Positions 28,484 to 38,452 of a DNA stretch of 42,147 bases are shown piece by piece. The stretch is taken from contig VAWP01000054.1 of NCBI GenBank assembly GCA_005888295.1, positions 21,640 to 63,786 on the forward strand, written 5' to 3'. The translations under genes were made by a program, and so were the position numbers. Source of the DNA: Actinomycetota bacterium. GTDB taxonomy: Bacteria > Actinomycetota > Acidimicrobiia > Acidimicrobiales > AC-9. Each line of letters opens with the position of its first letter. Position 1 is the first letter of the stretch. The notes under the pieces are model-generated. The model was not told the origin of the DNA. It did not search any database and saw nothing but the letters and a program-made list of their open reading frames with translations.

Positions 28484-29143
28484 CTACTTGCTGGCGGGCT
28501 GGGGCACGATCCGGATGTAGGGCTTCGGCGACTTCCAACCATCGGGCCACAGCTTCTTGGCGTCGTCGTTGGAGACGGAGCCGGAGATGATCACGTCCTC
28601 GCCCTGCTTCCAGTTCACGGGCGTGGCGACCTTGTGGTTGGCGGTGAGCTGGAGCGAGTCGATCACCCGCAGCACCTCGTCGAAGTTCCGACCCGTCGTC
28701 ATCGGGTAGACCAGGATGAGCTTGATCTTCTTGTCCGGCCCGATCACGTACACGTTGCGGACCGTCTGGTTGTCGGCCGGCGTGCGCTTTCCGGGCTGGG
28801 CCTCGGCCGGCAGCATGCCGTACAGCTTGGAGATCGAGAGGTCGCCGTCCCCGATGACCGGGTAGTTGGGCGCCGCCCCCTGGGTCTCCTTGATGTCGCT
28901 GGCCCACTTCTTGTGATCGGCGACAGGATCGGCGGACAGCCCGATCAGCTTGACGCCGCGACGGTCGAACTCGGGCTTGATGTTGGCCATGTAGCCGAGC
29001 TCGGTCGTGCACACCGGCGTGAAGTCCTTGGGATGGGAGAAAAGGACCGCCCAGCTGTCTCCGAGCCAGTCGTGGAACTTGATCTCGCCCTCGGTCGTGT
29101 CGGCGGTGAAGTCGGGAGCGGTGTCCCCGAGCTGAACGGCCAT
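28484..29143 (-). CDS. 1-Cys peroxiredoxin (Prx6)
   Basis: FSHPKDFTPVCTTELG and YPMTTGRNFDE motifs; AAGGAGG RBS. Confidence 0.95.
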   Translation of the reverse strand: MAVQLGDTAPDFTADTTEGEIKFHDWLGDSWAVLFSHPKDFTPVCTTELGYMANIKPEFDRRGVKLIGLSADPVADHKKWASDIKETQGAAPNYPVIGDGDLSISKLYGMLPAEAQPGKRTPADNQTVRNVYVIGPDKKIKLILVYPMTTGRNFDEVLRVIDSLQLTANHKVATPVNWKQGEDVIISGSVSNDDAKKLWPDGWKSPKPYIRIVPQPASK

Positions 29144-29405
29144 AGACGCCTCCTTCTGGATCAGGGGCCCGTCGTCGACGGGGCTAGAACCGCACGAGAC
29201 CTTACCGGCTCGGACGGGGAAAGTCGACCGACTGGGTCGGCTTTTCGGCCCGGGCTCGGCTGGCCCTCCACTCGCCTTGTCCGATCGACGGCTCGGGCGG
29301 AAGCGGGGCATGCGCGACGTGGGCTCACCGCCACCCCCGCCCGGCATCTGGTCGGCGCTCCTACGATGGCACCAGCTGCGTAGACAATGGGGTGATGCCG
29401 TTCCG

Positions 29406-30248
29406 ATGCCGTGCCACATCTGCGTGACCTGCGGGGTCCAGCACGCCGAGTCCGACCGGCCGCCGGCGGCCTGTTCCATCTGCGAGGACGAACGACAGTA
29501 CGTGGGCTGGGGTGGCCAGCGGTGGACGACCGTGCCCGACATGGCCGGGCGCTACCGCAACCAGCTGGACGACCAGGAACCCGGGCTCGCGTCCCTGCGG
29601 ACCGAGCCGCACTTCGGGATCGGCCAGCGGGCGTTCCTGGTCCAGACCCCCGCCGGCAACCTGCTCTGGGACTGCCTCAGTCTCATCGACGAGGAGTCCG
29701 TGGCCGCGCTCGCCGAGCGGGGTGGCATCGACGCCATCGCCATATCGCACCCACATTTCTACGGGACCTGCGTCGAGTGGAGCGCCGCCTTCGGCGACGC
29801 GCCGGTGTACATCCACCGGGCCGACGCGCCGTGGGTGATGCGACCCAGCTCCAGCGTGGTCCTGTGGGACGGCGAGGCGGCCGAGCCGCTGCCGGGGCTG
29901 ACGCTCGTCCATCTCGGGGGCCATTTCGACGGGGCCGCAGTCCTCCACTGGCCAGCCGGTGCCGGCGGGCGGGGCGCCCTGCTCACCGGCGACACGATCC
30001 AGGTGGTGATGGACCGGCGGTTCGTCAGCTTCATGTGGAGCTATCCGAACCTCGTGCCCCTGAAGCCCGAGCAGGTGACGGCGATCGCCTCCCGCATGGC
30101 CGGGTACGACTTCGACCGGATGTACGGCGCCTTCGAAGGCCGGTCGGTCCTCGGCGACGCCGCCGCCGCCCTCTCCCGGTCGGCGGAGCGCTACCTCAAG
30201 CGGATGGGAGCCGGGCCCGGAGGCCTAGAGGGTCGGCGGGGCGCATGA
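29406..30248 (+). CDS. MBL-fold protein with N-terminal Cys motifs (YmaE-like)
   Basis: ICVTCGVQ...[20 protein letters not shown] and SFMWSYPN motifs. Confidence 0.88.
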   Translation: MPCHICVTCGVQHAESDRPPAACSICEDERQYVGWGGQRWTTVPDMAGRYRNQLDDQEPGLASLRTEPHFGIGQRAFLVQTPAGNLLWDCLSLIDEESVAALAERGGIDAIAISHPHFYGTCVEWSAAFGDAPVYIHRADAPWVMRPSSSVVLWDGEAAEPLPGLTLVHLGGHFDGAAVLHWPAGAGGRGALLTGDTIQVVMDRRFVSFMWSYPNLVPLKPEQVTAIASRMAGYDFDRMYGAFEGRSVLGDAAAALSRSAERYLKRMGAGPGGLEGRRGA

Positions 30249-31113
30249 AGATCCTCTCCCTGCTGCCGTCGGCGACCGAGATCGTCTACGCCCTCGGGCT
30301 GGAGGACGACCTGGTCGGGGTGACCTGCGAGTGCGACTTCCCACCCGAGGCGGCGGCCAAACCGGCGCTGTCGACCGGCTCGTCACCGAGCAGGTGGCCG
30401 AGGGCGAGCCGCTCTACGCGATCGATACCGACGCCGTGGCCAACCTCCAGCCGGACCTGATCCTCGCCCAGGACCTCTGCCGGGTGTGCGCCGTGCCGTC
30501 GGGTCAGGTGGAGGACGCACTGGCGGTGATGGGGTGCCGGGCCGACGTGCTCTCCCTCGATCCGTCCACGCTGGACGACATCCTCGACGGCATCACCGAG
30601 GTGGGCGCGCGGACCGACCGGGGCGAGGAGGCCAGGGCACTGGTCGCCGGTCTGCGGGAACGAGTCGCCGCCGTGGCGGCGGCGACACTCGGGTTGCCCG
30701 CACCGAGGACCCTGACCCTCGAGTGGCTGGATCCCCCCTTCGTCGGAGGCCACTGGGTACCCGAGATGGTCGAGCGGGCCGGTGGTGTGGTCCTCGGCGC
30801 CGAAGCCGGTGAGCCGTCGCGGCGGGTGGGCTGGGACGAGGTGGCCGCCGCTCGACCCGACGTGATCGTCTTCATCCCGTGCGGCTACGGGCTGGCCCAG
30901 GCGCTCGAGCAGGGACGGGAGCTGCTCGCCGTGCCCGAGGTTGCCAGCAGCCCGGCGGGACGAGCCGGACGGGTGTGGGCCGCCGACGCGTCTTCGTACT
31001 TCTCCCGTCCGGGCCCTCGGATCGTCAGCGGGCTCGAGGCTCTGGCACGGGCGCTGCACCCTGACGCATTTCCTCCGCCTCCCCCGGAGACGATGGCCGC
31101 GGTCGAGGGTTGA
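30245..31113 (+). pseudogene. Cobalamin-binding/BtuF-like helical-backbone protein, frameshifted near 30365
   Basis: [18 protein letters not shown]...[11 protein letters not shown] is in one frame; VDRLV...QDLCRVCAV...GHWVPEM...FSRPGPR is in another. Confidence 0.8.
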
Positions 31114-31984
31114 GCCACCACACCAGGACGGCCACGACCAGGATCGCCGCCAACGCCCAGCCGAGTGTGACGGTGGCCACGCCGACGAGCTTCAGACCGC
31201 TGATGAACAGCACGGCGGCGAGCATCGGCCGGATGACGCGGTCAGGAGCCCGGCTGGAGACGCGGGCACCCAGGTACACCCCCGGCAGGCTGCCGACGAT
31301 CAACGAGGCAGTGAGGCCCAGCTTGACGTCGCCGAAGATGAGATGACCGAGGGCCGCCGAGGCGACGAGGGGGATGGCCTGCACGAGGTAGGTTCCCACG
31401 AGGACGGCGAGCGGCAGCCCGGGGTACAGGACCAGGAGCAGCACGATCATGAGCGACCCCGACCCCACCGAGGTCATCCCGACCATCAGCCCCCCGAACA
31501 CGCCGATGGCCAAGGTCGGGAGGGGCCGGAGGGTGATCGGCTTGGGCTGGCGGTTGCCGTCATCCTGGGCCGTCGTGCCATGCAGCTGCCGTGCGCGAAC
31601 ACCCGGAAGGGTCCCCTTGGCCACGATGGCCCCGGTGGCGACCAGCAGGGCGGTGCCGAGGAGGATCTTCAGTCCGTCCTGGACGCCGCTGGCGTCCCCC
31701 AGGGCCTTGACGACGAGCACACCGACGAAGGCGGCCGGCACCGATCCCGCCGCCAGCCAACCCACGAGGCCCACGTTGACGGTGCCCCGACGCAGGTGGA
31801 CGAGGCCGCCGACGGGCTTCATGATCGCCGCCGACACGAGGTCGCTCGAGATGGCGGCAAGGGGCTGCACGCCGAACAGCAGCACGAGGATCGGCGTCAT
31901 CAGCGCCCCCCCGCCCATGCCCGTGGTGCCGACGAGGAACCCCACCGCCAGGCTGGCCAGAACGACGAGTGGATCGATATGCAC
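31025..31984 (-). CDS. TSUP (TauE/SafE) sulfur-compound transporter
   Basis: VGTTGMGGGALMTP and GMTSVGSGSL motifs; multiple TM helices. Confidence 0.9.
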   Translation of the reverse strand: MHIDPLVVLASLAVGFLVGTTGMGGGALMTPILVLLFGVQPLAAISSDLVSAAIMKPVGGLVHLRRGTVNVGLVGWLAAGSVPAAFVGVLVVKALGDASGVQDGLKILLGTALLVATGAIVAKGTLPGVRARQLHGTTAQDDGNRQPKPITLRPLPTLAIGVFGGLMVGMTSVGSGSLMIVLLLVLYPGLPLAVLVGTYLVQAIPLVASAALGHLIFGDVKLGLTASLIVGSLPGVYLGARVSSRAPDRVIRPMLAAVLFISGLKLVGVATVTLGWALAAILVVAVLVWWLNPRPRPSSPGEAEEMRQGAAPVPEPRAR

Positions 31985-32106
31985 GGCGCCCCCAGAGCCC
32001 TGTCCACACGCCCGTCCAGACCCCGCGTCCAGAGCCGATAATCAACCTTGCCGATCAGGTTAGTAGAGAAGCGACGGGTTGTCTGCCGCCGAGCCCGGGA
32101 CCAGCC

Positions 32107-32520
32107 TCAGTGGGAGATCCAGGCCTCCGGGTCGCGAACGAGATCCCGCACCGTCTTGGGGAGGGACCCGTCGGTCACGTCGGCGACCGTCACCAGCTCC
32201 AGCACCGCTCTGAGGTTGGCCCGGACGGCGATCCAGACCTCGCCGAGGGACTCCGCCGGGCCGGCGTAGTGGAGGTCCTCGGGGCGGGCGTCGCCCACCT
32301 GGGCGAGCGGGCCCTCGACGGCGCGGATGATGTCGGCCAGCGGCAGGGTGTCGGGAGGTCGAGCCAGTCGATAGCCGCCCTCGGACCCTCGGTGGCTGTC
32401 GACGATGCCGGCGCGCTTCAGGTCCTGGAGAATGTTGAGCAGGAACCGCAGCGGGATCCCCTGGGCGACGGCCAGGTGCTCGCCCTTGGCCGGGCTGCTG
32501 TCGGCCAGCGACGCCAGCTC
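32107..32520 (-). pseudogene. Rrf2-family (CymR-like, Cys-less) regulator, 5'-truncated
   Basis: ELA...AQGIPLRFLLNILQDLKRAGIVDSHRGSEGGYRLARP...RDPEAWISH. The first helix and start codon are missing, and there is an in-frame stop upstream. Confidence 0.8.
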
Positions 32521-32655
32521 CCGCGCCCACAGGAATCCGAGGCCCGGTAGGCGAACTAGTTAGTTCGTCACAGACGGCCAGGACGGACCGACGAGCCCGG
32601 CCCCACCGGGGCGGCGACGGCGCCGATCCAGGCCACGCACCAGGAAGGAGCGAGC

Positions 32656-32904
32656 ATGCCTGCCGTGCACAGTGCTCACGTCCACCTCCACGTCACCGCC
32701 GACGAACCTGCACCGGTGACCGTCGCCGCCCACGACTTCCACAACGGTGGCCGGGTCCCGACCGGCGACCTGCTGCTGGTCATGCACGAGCGCCTCGGGC
32801 TGGGTGTCACCCTGAGTGGGAAGCCCGAGGACCTGATCGGCTACCTCGAGACGAGCATCGCAGCCGTCAGAGCCGCCAAGAAGCCCCTCGCGACCGTCGC
32901 CTGA
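32656..32904 (+). CDS. Small hypothetical protein
   Basis: Strong AGGAAGGAG RBS and GC3-biased codons; no family recognised. Confidence 0.6.
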   Translation: MPAVHSAHVHLHVTADEPAPVTVAAHDFHNGGRVPTGDLLLVMHERLGLGVTLSGKPEDLIGYLETSIAAVRAAKKPLATVA

Positions 32905-32969
32905 GCGCGCCTGGCCGACGCCGGTCGAGGCCGGATCTCCCCGACCTGGGCCAGGGCAGAATGTCGGCC

Positions 32970-33737
32970 ATGAACGTCAGCGTCGTCACCGACGGGCCCG
33001 TCGCCACCGTCACCATCGACCGGCCCGAGGTCCGCAACGCGGTCGACGGCCCCACGGCCGTCGCCCTCGCCGATGCCTTCGCCCGCTTCGACGCGGACGA
33101 GAGCCTGGCCGTCGCCGTTCTGACCGGCGCCGGGGGCACCTTCTGCGCGGGGGCCGACCTCAAGGCGCTGGCCACGGGTGAGCCCCGGCCGGTCTCGGTC
33201 TCCGCCCAGGGCAACGGCCCGATGGGGCCCACCCGCATGCGGCTCTCAAAGCCCGTCGTGGCCGCCGTCGAGGGACACGCCGTCGCCGGTGGCCTCGAGC
33301 TGGCTCTGTGGTGCGACCTGCGTGTCGCCGCACGCGACGCGGTCTTCGGCGTGTACTGCCGGCGGTTCGGCGTCCCCCTGATCGACCTCGGAACCGTGCG
33401 GTTGCCGAGGCTCATCGGTCACAGCCAGGCGATGGACCTCATCCTCACCGGGCGGGCCGTCGGGGCCGACGAGGCACAGCGGATGGGGCTGGCCAACCGG
33501 TTGAGCGAGCCTGGCCAGGCCCTGGCGACGGCGATGGAGCTCTCGCACCAGTTGGCGGCGCTGCCGCAGCGTTGCCTGCGGAGCGACCGGCGCTCCGCCT
33601 ACGAACAGTGGGGCATGAGCGAGGACGAGGCCATGGTCAACGAGGTCCGACACGGCCTGTCCACGATCGAGTCGGGCGAGACGCTGACCGGGGCCCGCCG
33701 CTTCGCCGGCGGCGCCGGCAGGCACGGCTCGGCCTGA
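32970..33737 (+). CDS. Enoyl-CoA hydratase/crotonase (EchA5-like)
   Basis: FCAGADLK, AVAGGLELALWCD and GVPLIDLGTVRL motifs. Confidence 0.93.
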   Translation: MNVSVVTDGPVATVTIDRPEVRNAVDGPTAVALADAFARFDADESLAVAVLTGAGGTFCAGADLKALATGEPRPVSVSAQGNGPMGPTRMRLSKPVVAAVEGHAVAGGLELALWCDLRVAARDAVFGVYCRRFGVPLIDLGTVRLPRLIGHSQAMDLILTGRAVGADEAQRMGLANRLSEPGQALATAMELSHQLAALPQRCLRSDRRSAYEQWGMSEDEAMVNEVRHGLSTIESGETLTGARRFAGGAGRHGSA

Positions 33738-33849
33738 CCCCGCGAGGCCCGCCTGCGGCGGCGAACGGGAAGGTTCCCGGACGGACATCAGGTCGGCCGC
33801 CGAGCGCGGTTGTCCGCCGTGACGTGCCGCGTTCCCTTTGGCGTTCAAA

Positions 33850-33865
33850 TGTGACCTCGGTCACA
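33850..33865. promoter_or_regulatory. CRP/GlxR-type site
   Basis: Perfect TGTGA-CCTCGG-TCACA upstream of the Rpf gene. Confidence 0.7.
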
Positions 33866-34348
33866 ACGCTGTGACCTGCGGTGACGCCCGACCGCCAAGT
33901 TGCAGTTCGGTGAAGGACACCGCCTAGAGTGGTGGGACTCACCAACGCAACTGCGTGCGCCTTTCGCTGGGGGGAGGCGGGGTGCCGCTCGGGCCAGGCG
34001 CCGTCTCTGTGATCGCCGTGGTCGGGTGCGCGTCCTTCCCCTTGATCCTCCCGTCAGCGTGACGCGCGCATATCAGGCCGTCAGCCCCAGCCGTGCACTC
34101 GAGCTCACGACGCCTGAGCTGACGAACCGACGACAACCCCGACGACCGACAACCCGACGACAAGGAGCCGCCGCCCAAGAGCACTGAACAGGGTCGTTCC
34201 GTCTGCACCTCGTACGGACCTGAGCATCGTCCCGAGCCGCCACAAAGGGGGGTCCGGCTCGCGAGCAGCATGCGAATTGACGGGCTGCCCGCATTCCCAG
34301 GCCACACCTGAAGCCCTCCGGGCTGCCGTGACTTCAAGGAGGCGCAAG

Positions 34349-34894
34349 ATGCGCAAGCAGCGGCCATCCGCATCACTCTCGATACCCATGGTCCTCGCGA
34401 GCTCCGTGCTCGCCCTGGCCGCCCTCGGCGTCCAGCTGTCCCAATCCGCAGGATCGAGCACATCGAGCAAGAGTCGAAAGCACCAGGCGGCGCGGGCCAG
34501 CGCCGCCGTCGTTCCCAACAACGTGGCGGCGCTGGCGCCCCCCGACACCACGCCGCCACCCCCTCCCCCGCCACCGCCACCACCTCCACCACCCCCCTCG
34601 ACCACGACGACGACGGCGCCCAAGGCGTCATCGGTGGCGGCCACCTCGTCGCTGTCCGGGGGTGTGTGGGCCGCGCTGCGCCAGTGCGAGTCCGGTGGCA
34701 ACTACCAGGACAACACCGGCAACGGCTTCTACGGGGCGTACCAGTTCACCGAGCAGACCTGGCAGAGCCTCGGTTTGTCCGGCCTTCCCTCGCAGGCACC
34801 TCCAGCGGTGCAGGACGACGCAGCCAAGCGGCTTCAGGCCCGTGACGGATGGGGTCCGTGGCCCGCGTGCAGCCGCAAGCTCGGACTGCGCTGA
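34349..34894 (+). CDS. Resuscitation-promoting factor (Rpf transglycosylase) with signal peptide and Pro/Thr linker
   Basis: WAALRQCESGGNY...GNGFYGAYQF...GWGPWPACS; AAGGAGG RBS. Confidence 0.93.
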   Translation: MRKQRPSASLSIPMVLASSVLALAALGVQLSQSAGSSTSSKSRKHQAARASAAVVPNNVAALAPPDTTPPPPPPPPPPPPPPPSTTTTTAPKASSVAATSSLSGGVWAALRQCESGGNYQDNTGNGFYGAYQFTEQTWQSLGLSGLPSQAPPAVQDDAAKRLQARDGWGPWPACSRKLGLR

Positions 34895-37800
34895 GACCGA
34901 GCGACATCGGGGACGGCGGGCGGGTCCACGCCCGCCTCCCCGGTGTGGCGCTCGGCGCCGCCCTCGCCGCCGCCGCCGGCCAGCTCGGCCAGGCGGCACA
35001 GGGCGTTGGCCAGGCGCATCTCCCGCGGCGTCCGGCACCGCACCCGTAACAGGTCGGGGCAGCAGACCAGGACCACCAGGGCGCGAGCCCGGGAGACGGC
35101 GACGTTGAGCCGGTTGAGGCTGTAGAGGAACTCGACCGAACGAGGCAGGTCGTCGGCCGACGATGTCGCCAGGGAGAAGATGACCACCGTCGCCTCCTGG
35201 CCCTGAAAGCGGTCGACGGTACCGACACGGGCTCCCGGCGGCAGTGCCGCCCTGAGCCGGGCGACCTGAGCGTTGTAGGGCGACACCACGAGGATGTCGC
35301 CCAGACCCAGGCGCTGTCGGCGACCCTCGCGGTCGGTCCACTGGCGGCCCAGGAGCGCGTCGACACCCGTCACCACCTCGGTCACCTCCTCGGCCGAGCT
35401 GGTCCGGTTCCCGGCGTGGTGCACGGGCCGCCAACGAACGCCGGCACCACCGGCCCACCGCCCGTCGTCCACGCACTGCGTGCGGCACGCCGGATCGGGC
35501 TCGAGCCGTCCCTCGTAGAAGGCCTCGGACACGAAATCGCACACGGCGGGGTGCAGGCGCCACGTCCTCGCGAGGAACAGGCCCCGATCGGCCGGGATGG
35601 TGGCGTGATCGCCGAGGAGGTGCTCGAGCGCCGACACCCCGGCACCAGGAGGGTGCGCGCCCCTCGACGGCTGGGCCAGCTGCTGAGGATCGCCGAGGAG
35701 CACGATGCTGTCGGCGGTGGCGCCGGCAGCGGCAACGTTGGCAAGCGCCATCTGTCCCGCCTCGTCGACGAACAGCACGTCGACGGCGCCGGCAACCTCC
35801 GAACGGGCGAACAGCCAGGGTGTGCCGGCGACCACGTTCGCCCCCTCGGCCACCCGGGCCACCACCAGTTGGTTGTCGCCGACGACCTCGACCATCGGAG
35901 AGGTCGAAGCGCGGTCCTCCTGGCCCTTCTGCACCACGGACAGGCGCACCCCCTCGTCGTCCGCTCGTGAGCAGGCCGCATCGACGAGGTTGGTGATGGC
36001 CTTGTGCGTCGTGGCGGTGACGCCGACCCGTCGCCCGGACCGCACCAGGTCCACGATCATGTGGGCGCCGGCGTACGTCTTGCCCGACCCCGGAGGTCCC
36101 TGCACCGGCAGACACGTGCCGCCGAGCCGCCGCGCCAGCCGGCGCGCCGCGCCGAGGGGCGACTCACCCGGGCGCTGCAACGGCTGGCCGAGCGGGAGCT
36201 CCCCGAACCGCGGCGCCCGGCCCATGAGCAGGTCGCGCACGGCCCGGTACGGTCCTGGGCCGTCGATGCCGTGGTCGGCGACCCAGGTACCCATCCGCTC
36301 CAGGGCCTGTCGCAGCACCGTGGTCGGCATCGGGGTGTCCGGGATCACCGATGACGGGTGCGGCGCGCACGATCTGCAGCCGCGGCGAAGGTCCAGGACG
36401 CCCTCGGCGTCGTCCAGCGCCTGCACCGTCCCGCAGTGGGCCTCGGTGCGAGGATCGATGACGGTGTCGCCGACCGACACCTTGTGCTCCTGGCCCGTGC
36501 GGAACCGGTACCGGTGCACGAGCGAGCGACCGACCTCGCCCACGACCTCCACGTACTCGAGGTCGCCGATGGAGTCGGTGTCGTCGACGAGCTCCTCGTC
36601 GCTGAGCTCGAGCCGAGCGAAGTGCGCCCACCACTCGGGCTTGTCCTCCCGCCGGTGCCAGTCGAGCAGCTGGGCCAGCAGCCAGGTGGCCGACTCCGTC
36701 GGTCCGCGACCGTCCGGATCGTCGTCGATGCCCGCGGTGAGCCTGGCCACGAGGGCCTCGGTCTCGGCCTCGGCCGCCGCTTGCTCGGCACCCGGCTCGC
36801 CCGAGCTGGGCTGCGGACGCGACAGCGGCTCGTCGCGCCGTCGCTCCGCGTCGGCCCGCCGCAGCTCCAACCAGTCCCGGAGCAGCCTGGTCGACTCGCA
36901 GTCGGCCCGGTTGTAGTCGGCGATCTCGTCGAGCTGACGCCGTTCCCCGGTCTCCAGCCAGCGCTCGTAGGCGACGATGCTGGAGCCCGCGTCCACGATG
37001 GCGCCATCTCGCGCCGCCATGTACAGCGGCTCGAGCTTCTTGATCGAGTACGACTCCTGGGACACCACGACTCCCTGGCGAACGACACGGTGCAGATCGA
37101 CGAACACCGCGCCCCGCAGCAGCCGGTCGACGGCGCGCTCCCTGGTGGCGTGGGCGCCCATGAGACGCCGGACTGTGGCCGGTTCGTAGGAACCGTAGTG
37201 ATAGACGTGGAGATCGGGGTGGTCCTCCAGACGGGCCATGACGAGGTCGACGAAGCGCTCGAAGGCCACTCGCTCGCCCGTGCGATCGTGGGCCCAGAAG
37301 GCGTGGTAGGTCGGTCGGCCGTCCACCGCCTCGACGACGCCGAAGAGGTACTCGAGCCCGTCCTCGCTGGCGAAGGGGTCTCCCTCCATGTCGAAGAACA
37401 GGTCGCCCGGCGACGGGTCGGGAAGAGCAGCCAGACCCAGGCCGGCCTCCACCGGCTCGATGAGCTCGTAGCGGACGTCACCCGTCGTCCGCTGCTCGAC
37501 CTGGAGACGGGCCTGGCGCCGCAGGCGGTCGAGGGGGCGGGGTCCGACTCCTGGTACCTCCGCTCGTGACGAGGACGAGGCCAGGTCGGTGAGCGTCGGC
37601 ATCCCGGCCGCCACCAGGCGGCGAGCCTGGCTGCGCCGCATCCCGGCCACCAGCGAGAGGTGGTCGTCCCGGCGGCGACGACCTTCGCAGGTCTCGGACC
37701 ACCGGCAGATGCCGCAGTGCTGGACGGGCTCGGGGTACGTCTCCACCGAGGGCCCGTCGACAGCCCCTTCGAAGCTGGCCTTCACCGCCCGGTAGTAGGC

Positions 37801-38364
37801 GGCGTAGTCGCCCAGACGGTGGGCCCGTGAGATCTGGTCGCCACCGAGCACGTGGATGCGCTCGGGCACCGCGCCCTGCACCCGCGCCACCTGCTCGGAG
37901 TACGAGCACAGCTGCAGGATGGCCGCGGCCTTCACCCGGCGGGCCAGCTTGGTGTCGGTGACCTCGTAGCTCCAGGGCCCGAGGCGGCTCGGCTGTTCCA
38001 CCCGACAGAGGAAGTCGGCGTGGCCCCGCCAGCGTCCGTCGAAGAACGTGGCCTGGTAGATCACCTCAGCGCCGTCCCGCATGGCGGCGGTCGTCGCCTG
38101 CGCCGCAGCGTGGAGACCCTCCACCCCACGACCGCTCAGGTCGATCTCGACGACGGCCCTGCCCTCGGCCCGCAGCCGTTGGACGTGCCGGTGCTCGTGC
38201 TCCTCGCCCCGTCGGACGAGGACGTCCAGCTCGGGATCCTCCCGCGCCGGTCGCTCGATCTCGCCCGTGGCGGCTGCCAGCTCGAGACGGGTCAGATGGG
38301 GGCAGGCCAGGTAGGCACTCAGGTCGGAGGGGCTGAGGACGATCCGCCCGTCGATCGCTTCCAC
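34834..38364 (-). CDS. TM0106-family RecB-like nuclease / RNase H-like / SF1 (DNA2-like) helicase
   Basis: SPSDL..YLAC, ADFL...DTKLA, CGICRWSETC, FFDMEG, GPPGSGKT, DEAGQ, GTVDRFQGQE and NRLNVAVSRA motifs. Confidence 0.92.
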   Translation of the reverse strand: MEAIDGRIVLSPSDLSAYLACPHLTRLELAAATGEIERPAREDPELDVLVRRGEEHEHRHVQRLRAEGRAVVEIDLSGRGVEGLHAAAQATTAAMRDGAEVIYQATFFDGRWRGHADFLCRVEQPSRLGPWSYEVTDTKLARRVKAAAILQLCSYSEQVARVQGAVPERIHVLGGDQISRAHRLGDYAAYYRAVKASFEGAVDGPSVETYPEPVQHCGICRWSETCEGRRRRDDHLSLVAGMRRSQARRLVAAGMPTLTDLASSSSRAEVPGVGPRPLDRLRRQARLQVEQRTTGDVRYELIEPVEAGLGLAALPDPSPGDLFFDMEGDPFASEDGLEYLFGVVEAVDGRPTYHAFWAHDRTGERVAFERFVDLVMARLEDHPDLHVYHYGSYEPATVRRLMGAHATRERAVDRLLRGAVFVDLHRVVRQGVVVSQESYSIKKLEPLYMAARDGAIVDAGSSIVAYERWLETGERRQLDEIADYNRADCESTRLLRDWLELRRADAERRRDEPLSRPQPSSGEPGAEQAAAEAETEALVARLTAGIDDDPDGRGPTESATWLLAQLLDWHRREDKPEWWAHFARLELSDEELVDDTDSIGDLEYVEVVGEVGRSLVHRYRFRTGQEHKVSVGDTVIDPRTEAHCGTVQALDDAEGVLDLRRGCRSCAPHPSSVIPDTPMPTTVLRQALERMGTWVADHGIDGPGPYRAVRDLLMGRAPRFGELPLGQPLQRPGESPLGAARRLARRLGGTCLPVQGPPGSGKTYAGAHMIVDLVRSGRRVGVTATTHKAITNLVDAACSRADDEGVRLSVVQKGQEDRASTSPMVEVVGDNQLVVARVAEGANVVAGTPWLFARSEVAGAVDVLFVDEAGQMALANVAAAGATADSIVLLGDPQQLAQPSRGAHPPGAGVSALEHLLGDHATIPADRGLFLARTWRLHPAVCDFVSEAFYEGRLEPDPACRTQCVDDGRWAGGAGVRWRPVHHAGNRTSSAEEVTEVVTGVDALLGRQWTDREGRRQRLGLGDILVVSPYNAQVARLRAALPPGARVGTVDRFQGQEATVVIFSLATSSADDLPRSVEFLYSLNRLNVAVSRARALVVLVCCPDLLRVRCRTPREMRLANALCRLAELAGGGGEGGAERHTGEAGVDPPAVPDVARSQRSPSLRLHAGHGPHPSRA

Positions 38365-38452
38365 GCGGCCAGTATGGCGATGGGGTGTGACGCCGGTGCG
38401 GATTCGGGTGGGGCGCAGTGGGCCCCCCAACCGAGCGCCTAAGGTTCGGGCC

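Noticed and set aside
32552-32567. LexA SOS box
   Set aside because: CGAAC and GTTCG are separated by 6 nt, not the canonical 4.
33940-34130. c-di-AMP (ydaO) riboswitch upstream of rpf
   Set aside because: Only CCCGTCAGC resembles it. The GGGGGACCC, GGGGYGAAT and following TAACC elements were not found in order.
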